A stretch of 64,000 nucleotides of DNA. Source: Candidatus Daviesbacteria bacterium. Its GTDB lineage: Bacteria; Patescibacteriota; Microgenomatia; Daviesbacterales; UBA10151. The position numbers and the translations under genes were made by a program. This document shows positions 29,982-38,570 of the stretch, in pieces (position 1 is the stretch's first letter; each line of letters opens with the position of its first letter). The stretch lies in contig JACOXH010000010.1 of assembly GCA_016176415.1 (NCBI GenBank), forward strand, positions 4,247 through 68,246, read 5' to 3'. The notes under the pieces were generated by a model, which saw nothing but the letters and a program-made list of their open reading frames with translations, was not told the origin of the DNA and ran no database searches.

Positions 29982-31054
29982 TAATTTTGGGAATAGAGAC
30001 TAGTTGTGATGAAACGGCAGCTGCAGTGCTGCAAAAGACTGGAAAACAGATAAAAATTTTATCCAATGTAGTAGCTTCTTCTGCAACACTTCAGGCAAAG
30101 TATGGAGGTGTGATCCCCGAACAGGCTGCCAGAGAACAATTGCGGTCGATAATACCAGTTATCCAGGAAGCATTGACTTCAGCTTTTAAATCTACTTCTA
30201 GTTCAAAAATTTCTAATTTCAAATTTCAAATTTCTAAAATTGATGCTATCGCTGTAACTTATGGCCCGGGGCTGATTGGTTCGCTATTGGTAGGAGTAGA
30301 GACTGCCAAAACCTTAGCCCTAACTTGGAACAAACCACTTATTCCTGTAAATCACCTGCTTGGCCATTTTTATGCAAATTGGATTACCAGTACTCACCTT
30401 CCAGGAGCCCAAGCCCACCTGGAAGGTGTTCCAAAGTTTCCCTGCATTGGCCTGCTTGTTTCAGGAGGTCATACTGATTTAGTTTTATTTGAAGATTATA
30501 ATAAATACAAATACTTAGGTGGCACCAGAGATGATGCAGCAGGAGAATGTTTTGATAAATGCGCCAGACTGCTGGGTCTTCCTTACCCCGGAGGGCCGCA
30601 AATTGCCAAACTGGCCCAAACAGGTAATCCTGATAAATTTATCCTTCCCATACCTATGAGGGAAAGTAAAGATTTTGATTTTTCTTATTCAGGTTTAAAA
30701 ACAGCAGTGGCTAATTTAATCAAAGAAACGGGCAAATTGTCTCAACAGGAAAAAGCAGATTTAGCCTCCTCAATAGAACAAACTATTGTTACTTCTTTAA
30801 TTGATAAGGTTGTTTTGGCAATCCAACATTATAATATTGATCAAATAATGGTTGCAGGAGGAGTTGCAGCAAATCAGAGACTCAAAGAGGAACTAGAGTC
30901 AAGGGTCAAGAGTCAAGGGAAAAAGATCAAATTGCACATTCCGCCGCCTGAACTTTGTACTGATAACGCTGCCATGATTGCCTCTGCTGCCTTTTTCCTG
31001 AATCCAATCAAAAACCCTGTGATTCTCCAAGCAAATCCAAATCTGTCCCTGTGA
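29978..31054 (+). CDS. tsaD: tRNA N6-adenosine threonylcarbamoyltransferase
   Basis: ILGIETSCDETAAAV, NHLLGHF, LLVSGGHT, GGVAANQRL and CTDNAAMIA. It carries repeat-derived insertions (see findings). Confidence 0.92.
   Translation: MIILGIETSCDETAAAVLQKTGKQIKILSNVVASSATLQAKYGGVIPEQAAREQLRSIIPVIQEALTSAFKSTSSSKISNFKFQISKIDAIAVTYGPGLIGSLLVGVETAKTLALTWNKPLIPVNHLLGHFYANWITSTHLPGAQAHLEGVPKFPCIGLLVSGGHTDLVLFEDYNKYKYLGGTRDDAAGECFDKCARLLGLPYPGGPQIAKLAQTGNPDKFILPIPMRESKDFDFSYSGLKTAVANLIKETGKLSQQEKADLASSIEQTIVTSLIDKVVLAIQHYNIDQIMVAGGVAANQRLKEELESRVKSQGKKIKLHIPPPELCTDNAAMIASAAFFLNPIKNPVILQANPNLSL
30397..30430. repeat. Palindromic element (family C) inside tsaD
   Basis: CACCTTCCAGG-agcccaagccca-CCTGGAAGGTG. 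It is translated as HLPGAQAHLEGV. Confidence 0.75.
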
Positions 31055-31115
31055 AAAGCTTGCTTTTGCTTGACAATTTAATTACTTATTGAGATGCTGA
31101 TGATAATACTAAAAA

Positions 31116-31931
31116 ATGATTAGCGTATACCGCGATCAGTTTATCAAAACTTTTATTACTTCTATTCTTTTATTTGTCATTGCCACTATATCAATTTTAC
31201 TTAGTCCAGGCAATTCATTATCCTATTTTAGATATGTTGGGATATGGGCCATCATTCCGGCGTGGGCTTTATACTTTTTAAGTTATTATCTTCTTACAAA
31301 AGCAAAAGGACGCTCATCCTGGTTTACCCTGCTTGGTCTTGCTAATATCTTTGGGCTATTAATTCTTTTATTGTTGCCTAATAAAGCAAAACGGGAAGAT
31401 GCTTCTGTCCCAAACAGTAATATTATTAATCTGGCACAGCTTAGAACACAATCCTTTTGGTTAAAAGTGATATTGGGGTTATTGTTAGCTGCCTGCCTTT
31501 TTATGTATCCGCTAATCATTATTAACTCGCTTCCGTTCGCATCAGGTTATCTTGATGTAAATCTTTATCCCAAATACGCCGGAGCACAAGCTGGTATATT
31601 TATGCTAATTGGTTTCATTTATAGTTTGATTTTAATCATTAAAAACCAAAGATTAGCTATTACTTTAGGGGGCTACTTTTTACCAGTTCTTATCATGGGA
31701 TACCTCGTAGTCAATATAAACTCTCCTCATTTAGATCAGAAATATATGTTACTGCGTAATGTAAGTTACTTATTCCTGATGGTCTATTCAGCTGAACACT
31801 TACTCCTATACGGTATCAGGAGGCTCATGAATCATTCAACAAAGGTTTTTACGGTTCTGGGCATTCTCAACTGGTCGACAACTTTTATGCTAATTAACTT
31901 CGCTTATGCTTTCGTAACACTTAAGCCCTAG
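31116..31931 (+). CDS. Polytopic membrane protein, function unknown
   Basis: 271 aa with about 8 hydrophobic helices and no catalytic motif I recognise. Confidence 0.5.
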   Translation: MISVYRDQFIKTFITSILLFVIATISILLSPGNSLSYFRYVGIWAIIPAWALYFLSYYLLTKAKGRSSWFTLLGLANIFGLLILLLLPNKAKREDASVPNSNIINLAQLRTQSFWLKVILGLLLAACLFMYPLIIINSLPFASGYLDVNLYPKYAGAQAGIFMLIGFIYSLILIIKNQRLAITLGGYFLPVLIMGYLVVNINSPHLDQKYMLLRNVSYLFLMVYSAEHLLLYGIRRLMNHSTKVFTVLGILNWSTTFMLINFAYAFVTLKP

Positions 31932-32139
31932 CTCTAAACTTAAATCCTTCCACTTAATATGCATTCTCCTGAAAAACAACCACAGTCATGGCTGGAAGAA
32001 ATAGGCACTATAATTGAACTTTGCATCGCTTACTCTTATACTTAAGCCTATGGATAAAGTGTATGATCAAACAAAAGTAAGAACCCTGCTTCGCCAAGTC
32101 TGACTTGGCTTCGCAGGAACCTTGCCTTTTTTGATAATT

Positions 32140-34350
32140 ATGGATAAGATTTATAATCAAAAAAACATAGAACCTAAATGGTACAAAATTTGGGAAGATG
32201 CAGGTTATTTTAAGCCTGAAGTGAACCCAAATGGTAAACCATATACCATTATCCTTCCCCCGCCCAATGCCAACGCCCCGCTCCACTTCGGCCATGCCAT
32301 GTATGTAATTGAAGATATTTTAATCAGGTACCACCGAATGTTGGGTGATGCGGCTTTATGGCTCCCCGGCTCTGATCATGCCGGTTTTGAGACCCAGGTA
32401 GTGTTTGAAAAACACCTGGAGAAAGAAGGGAAATCCCGTTTTGATTTTGACAGAGCTACCCTATACCAGATGATTTGGGATTTTGTGCAAAACAATAAAG
32501 GCACCATGGAAGGACAGGTACGGAGATTAGGTTTTTCAGTCGATTGGTCCAGGGAAAAGTTTACCCTTGATCCTGATATTATAAAAATTGTTTATAAAAC
32601 CTTTAAAAAATTATTTGATGATGGTTTGGCTTACCGTGGGTTAAGACTGGTTAATTACTGCACAAAACACGGCACCAGCTTCTCTGAATTGGAAGTTCTA
32701 TACGAAGACAGAACTACCCCTCTTTATTATATAAAATACGGTCCCCTTACTTTGGCAACTACCAGACTGGAAACAAAGTTTGGCGATACTGCTGTAGCAG
32801 TTCACCCTGACGATAAACGCTACCAAAAATATGTAGGGCAAACTTTGGACATTGAAACAGTTTTAGGATCTGCCAAAATTAAGGTTATTGCTGATGAGGC
32901 TGTTGATCCTGAATTTGGAACAGGGGTTATTAAAGTTACTCCTGCTCATTCAATGGTTGATTTCGAGATCGGACAGCGGCATAATCTGGAAATTAAACAG
33001 GTGATCGGATTTGATGGCAGATTAAATGAGAAAACAGGCAAATTTGCCGGCATGCGGGTCAAAGAAGCCAGAGCTGCTATTGCCAAAGAAATGCAGGAGA
33101 AAGGTCTTATTGAAAAAGTTGACGAAAATTACAAAAACAGGGTGGGAGTTTGTTATAAATGCGGCACAGAAATTGAACCTTTACCAATGGAGCAGTGGTT
33201 TATCAAAGTTGCACCCCTTGCCAAAAAAGCCATTGAGGTAGTTAATAATAATGAAATCAAAATTTACCCAAAAAACTGGGAAGGGCCTTATCTGCATTGG
33301 CTGGAGAAGCTAAAAGACTGGAATATTTCCAGACAAATTGTCTGGGGCATGCAAATCCCTGCCTGGAGAAATATCAAAACAGGAGAGTGGATTGTAACTG
33401 AAGGCCATGGTCCTGAGGGTAAGGATTGGGAACGTGATCCTGATGTGTTTGATACATGGTTTTCCTCCGGCCAGTGGCCCTTCGCTACGCTCAGGGCAAG
33501 CCGTCAGGGTGACTTTGAAAAGTTTTATCCCACTTCTGTTATGGAAACCATGTATGATATTTTGCCTTTTTGGGTCGTCAGAATGGTCATGCTGGGAATT
33601 TACGAAACAGGCCAAATCCCTTTTAAGGATGTTGTTCTGCATGGAAAAGTATTAGATCCTCTGGGTAAGAAAATGAGCAAATCAAAGGGCAATGTGGTGG
33701 ATCCAATGGAAATTGCTGACCAATATGGAGCTGATGCCACCCGAATGGCTTTGGTGTATGGTACAGCGTTTGGACACGATCAGGCCTTATCTCACCCTAA
33801 ACTTCAGGCCATGAGAAACTTTACCAACAAACTTTGGAACATTGGCAGGTTTATTATTGATTTCGCACTAGAAGATGCAAAACATCTGGATAACGATGTC
33901 ATTCTGAACGAAGTGAAGAATCTCTCGCGCGACACTTCGAAGAAGTTAGTCCCCTTGTGGAGAATGCGAGAATCTGAAATGAATGTTGCAAAGCAACTAC
34001 TTCGTAGAACAGAGATCCTTCGTTTCACTCAGGATGACAAGAGTATTCTGAAGAAATTATCCCAAACTGCCCAAACAGTCTCCAAATCCATAGATCAATA
34101 CAGATTCCATGATGCTGCTGATTCTCTATATGAGTTTATCTGGCACGAGTTTGCTGATAAATATATTGAATCAAGCAAAGACAGAAGAGCTGAGGCTCAG
34201 CCTGTTTTGGAGTATGTTTTCAGAACATCTTTGGAGCTTTTACACCCATTCATGCCTTTTATAACTGAAGAACTTTGGCAAAAACTGCCTCACAAAGGGG
34301 ATTCAATCATGATTACAAAGTGGCCCGAGCCTGAAATTAACGCAAATTAA
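32140..34350 (+). CDS. valS: Valyl-tRNA synthetase (short form, no C-terminal coiled coil)
   Basis: ILPPPNANAPLHFGHA (HIGH), a CP1/editing region, DTWFSSGQWPF and KMSKSKGN. ATG at 32140. It contains a 144-bp in-frame repeat element. Confidence 0.9.
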   Translation: MDKIYNQKNIEPKWYKIWEDAGYFKPEVNPNGKPYTIILPPPNANAPLHFGHAMYVIEDILIRYHRMLGDAALWLPGSDHAGFETQVVFEKHLEKEGKSRFDFDRATLYQMIWDFVQNNKGTMEGQVRRLGFSVDWSREKFTLDPDIIKIVYKTFKKLFDDGLAYRGLRLVNYCTKHGTSFSELEVLYEDRTTPLYYIKYGPLTLATTRLETKFGDTAVAVHPDDKRYQKYVGQTLDIETVLGSAKIKVIADEAVDPEFGTGVIKVTPAHSMVDFEIGQRHNLEIKQVIGFDGRLNEKTGKFAGMRVKEARAAIAKEMQEKGLIEKVDENYKNRVGVCYKCGTEIEPLPMEQWFIKVAPLAKKAIEVVNNNEIKIYPKNWEGPYLHWLEKLKDWNISRQIVWGMQIPAWRNIKTGEWIVTEGHGPEGKDWERDPDVFDTWFSSGQWPFATLRASRQGDFEKFYPTSVMETMYDILPFWVVRMVMLGIYETGQIPFKDVVLHGKVLDPLGKKMSKSKGNVVDPMEIADQYGADATRMALVYGTAFGHDQALSHPKLQAMRNFTNKLWNIGRFIIDFALEDAKHLDNDVILNEVKNLSRDTSKKLVPLWRMRESEMNVAKQLLRRTEILRFTQDDKSILKKLSQTAQTVSKSIDQYRFHDAADSLYEFIWHEFADKYIESSKDRRAEAQPVLEYVFRTSLELLHPFMPFITEELWQKLPHKGDSIMITKWPEPEINAN
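33897..34040. mobile_element. Full-length 144-bp family-A MITE-like element inserted in frame in valS
   Basis: TGTCATTCTGAACGAAGTGAAGAATCTC...AGAGATCCTTCGTTTCACTCAGGATGACAA. The 144 bp equal 48 codons, translated as [16 protein letters not shown]...RRTEILRFTQDDK. The left 28 nt are identical to the element at 16917-16944. Confidence 0.65.
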
Positions 34351-34368
34351 ACGCAAAATTGACGCAAA
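34340..34368 (+). repeat. Three ACGCAAA motifs at 11-bp spacing
   Basis: ttAACGCAAAT TAAACGCAAAA TTGACGCAAAG. The run overlaps the valS stop, in the convergent spacer with rplY. Confidence 0.6.
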
Positions 34369-34390
34369 GAATTTTCTTTTGGAGTTTTAT

Positions 34391-35185
34391 TTACTCTTTT
34401 GGAGCTTCTTCAGTAGATTTTTGCTCACCTTCAGCAGCCTGTTCACCCTCTTTTGGAGCCTCACCCTTCGATTCCTCAGGGCCATGGCCTTCAGCTGAAA
34501 CCTCGCCCTCTGCAGGAGCGCCTTCTGCACCCTCAGCCGGAAGAACTGCGGCTGCTGCCGCAGCTGCCTCTTCTTCCATTTGTTTCTTCATTTCCTCAGT
34601 TATAGCAGGAGCAAGTTTCACTACAATAGCCTCAAGCTCTGTGGCTACTGTTAATTTACTTCTGTCAAAATTTAACTGACCCACCGTTACAGCATCATCA
34701 ATATTTTTCAAATTTGTAATATCCACTTCAATCTTTTCAATTAAATCTGCAGGCAAAGCTTCAACCTCAATCTCACTCATTTGCTGCAAAACAACTGTTT
34801 CACCCAGTTTCACTGATTCAGGTTCTTCCCCTATTAACACCAAAGGCACTGGCACTTTGACCTTTTCGCTCAAGTTAACCTGATAAAAATCAATGTGTAG
34901 CGCATCTCCGGAGACAGGATCAAACTGAACACCCCTGATCATCACAGGCCTGACTTTCTTGCTGCCTACTGCGTCAGCAGCAAGCTTGCTTATTTTCAAA
35001 TCTATTAAACCAGTCTCCCCTGCTTCTTTAAAAGTTTTAAGGAATGCATTTCCATCAACTGAAACAACCTCTGTTTCAAGGCCTTTGCCAAACACATGAG
35101 CAGGTAATTTCCCATCTTTCCTCAAGTGTTTTACTTTTTTACCTGTAATTTTTCTCTCTTCTGCTTGTAAACTTAATCTGTCCAT
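34391..35185 (-). CDS. rplY: Ribosomal protein bL25 (Ctc form) with long acidic/Ala-rich C-terminal tail
   Basis: N-terminus LSLQAEERKITGKKVKHLRKDGKLPAHVFGKG..VSVD. The C-terminus is a low-complexity E/A/G/K tail. Confidence 0.88.
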   Translation of the reverse strand: MDRLSLQAEERKITGKKVKHLRKDGKLPAHVFGKGLETEVVSVDGNAFLKTFKEAGETGLIDLKISKLAADAVGSKKVRPVMIRGVQFDPVSGDALHIDFYQVNLSEKVKVPVPLVLIGEEPESVKLGETVVLQQMSEIEVEALPADLIEKIEVDITNLKNIDDAVTVGQLNFDRSKLTVATELEAIVVKLAPAITEEMKKQMEEEAAAAAAAVLPAEGAEGAPAEGEVSAEGHGPEESKGEAPKEGEQAAEGEQKSTEEAPKE

Positions 35186-35190
35186 AATAT

Positions 35191-35250
35191 AGATCCTTCG
35201 CTAGTCACTCAGGATGACACTTTGCATTTTAGATTGTACGCAAAGTGTCA
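35191..35250. repeat. Right-half family-A element plus hairpin, abutting the rplY start
   Basis: AGATCCTTCGCTAGTCACTCAGGATGACA is followed by the hairpin TGACACTTTGC-attttagattgtac-GCAAAGTGTCA. Confidence 0.65.
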
Positions 35251-35300
35251 ATTTAACACATTCGAGCCTACTTAAGCAAGTGCTAAGTCAAGCCCCGTTG

Positions 35301-38081
35301 TCATTTGCTAAATTCTACCTCAAAACTGCGATCCCTTGATAGATCTGTTACGATCGATTGTTCCTGGGGGCCGAGTTGCTTGGCTTTACTGGAAATTATT
35401 TGATAACTAATCGGATAAGTCACAGTCCAGGTAAAAGGATCTTTTAATGTGCCTGCCTGCTTTATTACATCCAGCCTGTAGCTTGCTTTACCATCCTCAA
35501 ACTCCAGCTTTAAAGGCACATTCCAATCTATTACCAGATTCTTTTGCTCTTTAGGAGCAAGCTCCAAAAGCAGCGAATAACCTGATCTTCCGTAATCTAC
35601 AAAACCACTTACATTTTTGGTTATATCTGTCTCCCCCCATAATACTTTTGTTATTTTGCTGCCGAAAGGCAAATATATTCTCATTCTGTTTTTATAATTA
35701 CCTCCCGGGAAAGCCTCAGAAGGGCTTTTGTTGGTAAAACTTATTCTTACTCTGTGTTTTACTTCCCCCTCCTTGCCTATGACAGTTTCTAAATTGTAGC
35801 TTTTATCCAGGTAGTAGTTAACCTTGTTTGCTCCCAGATTAGCCTCCACTATGCTTAAAAAGTCTTTTTTTTGATCAGATTGGCGGGGCATAATTTGTGC
35901 CCAGTTTTGAGACATAATATAGGAAAAAAGCTTGGGGTCGTTTAAATAAATACCAATATGCTTTTCGTCCAAAGATTTACCTATCCCTGCAATAATCCCG
36001 GGCCAGTTATTTTGAGGAGAGAAAAAGATTTTACTGAAAGTTGCATTAGTTAAAGCAGTAAGAAAACTCTTTTTAGCCTGCGAACCTGCAAAGAAACTCA
36101 ATTCTGCATGAGAAACAGCTTTTTCAAATAAATTATCAGAGGTTATTTTTTCATTGTAATCAGGCAGATCCACACCTCCAATGCTGGCCAGTATTTCTTC
36201 CATTGCTGAAACATCCAAAGCTATCACCCCTTCAGTTTTTTCTCCTGTTTCTTTGGTATAAAACCACTCTGCCTGTCTGGCAGCAGTGGGAAAATCCGGC
36301 TCCCAGTTGGAATCCCGTAAAAACCAGTCCTTTTGCCCCAAATCTTCTTTAATCTCTTTGGGAGGTTCTACATGAATACCTAACTGACCATCTATATTAT
36401 AGATGTCATTTACTTCCAGCTTTTTTAACTTTCCTCCCTCAAAAGACACTTTGGCAAATGAACCAATAAAACCGCCAGTAGGCCTAAGCTCCATGTTGTT
36501 TTGCAGTAAAATTAAATAACTTTTACTACCCTCAACCGCCACGAAATTAGGCAGCAGCGTGCTTAAAGCCCTTGCTTTGCTCACGAGTTGCATGTATTGA
36601 TTCAGTTTCTGAGAATCCCCCAAAACAGCTGATGCTTTGGATAGACTCTCACCTGCCAAATCAAGTTCGATTTGGGCAGTGGTAAAATAGCCGGCTGAAG
36701 AATCGTTCAGCTCGCCTGTAACTGCTTTAAAACCCTGCAACAGCGCTTGCACACCTAAAGCAGTACTTCTGGCAGAAGTTAAAGATAAAGAGGAAGCCTT
36801 CATCCATCTCTCTGCCGTCTCCAGCTGGTTTGCAAGTAATCCACTTTTTTTAACAGGTTCCAAGCTTTCAAAAATTTCCCGGGCCTCCCCTAAAGAGCTT
36901 TCTGCCTGATTAAGACTTGTTAAACTTTTTTCAAACTCCCCTTTTTCTAAACTGGCCAGACCTGAAGACAGTGATGATTTAAATGTATAAATTCCCCAGC
37001 CTAAAACCAAGGCCGGCCAAATCAAAGCATAAGTTACTAAAGACAATACAATCAGCAGGTATATTTTTGTCCCCTTCTTTGTTTTTTTCTCTCTGGGCTC
37101 CTCTTCTTTGAATGCTTCCAGTTCCTGTCTTTTTTCCTCATCCCACGCTTCTATTTTTTTCTCTTCCGGCACTTCTTCTTTTTCTTCAGGCACTTTTGGC
37201 ACACTAATCTCATTATCCTTAAAATAACTTAAGGTCTTTTTCAAGCTCTCCACCAACCCTGCTTTTGGATGCCAGCTTAATGTCTTGATAGTTTTATCCA
37301 GATTGGGAGTTGGCCACGGAGGCAAAGGAGCAGGCAAAAAATCACGCTCGTGATACCAGACAGGATCCAACAACACTTGCTTAACTTCTGCTACTTTAAC
37401 AGGCTCTGCTGCTACACCATCAAAAATCTTTTGGGCAGTGGACCCTGTAAAAATAGTTCTGATCATCAAATCTACAGCATCACTAATGTATAAAGCTCTG
37501 GTAGAAAACTCTAAAGCTATTTCTTTTTGCAAATCACCTGTTAAAGCCTGTTGGACTAACCTTACAAGAGGATCACTGCTTTCAAAATCCATTCTTGGTC
37601 CATACACAGACCCTAACCTTAATATTCTGGCATTTAAGTTATGCTCACCGGCAAATTTAGCAATTGTCCCTTCTGCCTTCTTTAACCAATCCAGCTCTTT
37701 TGAATCATTTTTGTGATCATATAAATCTATTGAGGAAACAAATAAGCATCTGCATCTGGTCTCCTTAAAATACTTTAAAATATTATCCAAATCACAATCA
37801 TCTAAAATAATTAAGTAATCAAGTCTTGGTAACTCTATTGTCAGCTTTTTTGATGTGTCATAAACTTGATGAAAACTTCTGTCTTCTGATGCTTCCTGCA
37901 AATTTCTTTTCTCCCCTTTTTCTAAATTATCTACCCCTACCACCTCTATCCCTTTTTCCAATAACTTATCTGTCAGGTGAGAACCTAAAAATCCCGCAGC
38001 ACCCACAACTAAAGCTACAGCCTTGTTTCGCGAAAGCAAAATACTATTTTTTTCAATGCTATTTTCGTTAAATTCGCCCAC
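35301..38081 (-). CDS. Fusion protein: NAD-dependent epimerase/dehydratase-like domain, TM segment, then DUF4012 domain
   Basis: N-terminal Rossmann fold VVGAAGFLGSHLTDKLLEKGIEVVGVDNL. A K/E-rich linker and one TM follow (IYLLIVLSLVTYALIWPALVLGWGIY). The DUF4012-like core is LLQNNMELRPTGGFIGSFAKVSFEGGKL. Confidence 0.65.
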   Translation of the reverse strand: MGEFNENSIEKNSILLSRNKAVALVVGAAGFLGSHLTDKLLEKGIEVVGVDNLEKGEKRNLQEASEDRSFHQVYDTSKKLTIELPRLDYLIILDDCDLDNILKYFKETRCRCLFVSSIDLYDHKNDSKELDWLKKAEGTIAKFAGEHNLNARILRLGSVYGPRMDFESSDPLVRLVQQALTGDLQKEIALEFSTRALYISDAVDLMIRTIFTGSTAQKIFDGVAAEPVKVAEVKQVLLDPVWYHERDFLPAPLPPWPTPNLDKTIKTLSWHPKAGLVESLKKTLSYFKDNEISVPKVPEEKEEVPEEKKIEAWDEEKRQELEAFKEEEPREKKTKKGTKIYLLIVLSLVTYALIWPALVLGWGIYTFKSSLSSGLASLEKGEFEKSLTSLNQAESSLGEAREIFESLEPVKKSGLLANQLETAERWMKASSLSLTSARSTALGVQALLQGFKAVTGELNDSSAGYFTTAQIELDLAGESLSKASAVLGDSQKLNQYMQLVSKARALSTLLPNFVAVEGSKSYLILLQNNMELRPTGGFIGSFAKVSFEGGKLKKLEVNDIYNIDGQLGIHVEPPKEIKEDLGQKDWFLRDSNWEPDFPTAARQAEWFYTKETGEKTEGVIALDVSAMEEILASIGGVDLPDYNEKITSDNLFEKAVSHAELSFFAGSQAKKSFLTALTNATFSKIFFSPQNNWPGIIAGIGKSLDEKHIGIYLNDPKLFSYIMSQNWAQIMPRQSDQKKDFLSIVEANLGANKVNYYLDKSYNLETVIGKEGEVKHRVRISFTNKSPSEAFPGGNYKNRMRIYLPFGSKITKVLWGETDITKNVSGFVDYGRSGYSLLLELAPKEQKNLVIDWNVPLKLEFEDGKASYRLDVIKQAGTLKDPFTWTVTYPISYQIISSKAKQLGPQEQSIVTDLSRDRSFEVEFSK

Positions 38082-38156
38082 GCGTAAATCGTAACACCCC
38101 TTTATTTAAAATCAATAGAGATCAAAGATTACATTCTATGTCAACTTAAGCCTAGG

Positions 38157-38570
38157 TTAATTTTTGCGGGTATCTAATGCCTGATTGGCCAGCTTATCAG
38201 CTGTGGTGTTTTGGGCGCGGGGGACATGAGAATGAACGGCCCCGCCCAATTCCAGTTTTAAAATTTGGATTTTCTCAATTAGGGGTTTTAGGTGAGGACT
38301 TTTTACTTTAAATCTGCCTGACAATTGCTCGACTACTAGTTTTGAATCAGCAAATAATTCAATTTGCGCAACATTTTTTTTGAAACTACTTTTAACGTAT
38401 TTTAAGGCTTCCAGCACCGCCGTGTACTCTGCAACATTATTGGTAGAAATTCCTATGTAGCGCCCCTCTTCATAAACCAACTTTCCTTTTTCATCAGAAA
38501 TAGTAAAGCCGTAACTGGCCGGGCCTGGATTACCCCGCGATGCTCCGTCTGTGTAAATGATTAATTTCAT
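38157..38570 (-). CDS. rnhA: Ribonuclease HI family protein
   Basis: IIYTDGASRGNPGPASYGF, NNVAEYTAVLEAL, ADSKLVVEQ and TADKLAN (the DEDD pattern). Confidence 0.85.
   Translation of the reverse strand: MKLIIYTDGASRGNPGPASYGFTISDEKGKLVYEEGRYIGISTNNVAEYTAVLEALKYVKSSFKKNVAQIELFADSKLVVEQLSGRFKVKSPHLKPLIEKIQILKLELGGAVHSHVPRAQNTTADKLANQALDTRKN

Noticed and set aside
32070-32121. Hairpin CCTGCttcgCCAAGTCtGACTTGGcttcGCAGG followed by a T-run, upstream of valS (possible T-box or terminator)
   Set aside because: There is no T-box consensus (no AAnnnGGGTGGTACCGCG-like string). The U-run is 9 nt away from the stem. It is most simply another palindromic repeat copy.
33470-33510. Repeat-like string CCCTTCGCTACGCTCAGGGCAAGC in valS (WPFATLRASRQGDF)
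   Set aside because: It resembles the unit nested in the murB palindrome. However, this segment has the same length as the equivalent WPF.TLGWP....FYPTS region of other ValRS proteins, so I do not call it an insertion.
34359-34679. 106-aa plus-strand ORF rich in Ser/Ala
   Set aside because: It is antisense to the low-complexity acidic tail of rplY and is a shadow frame.
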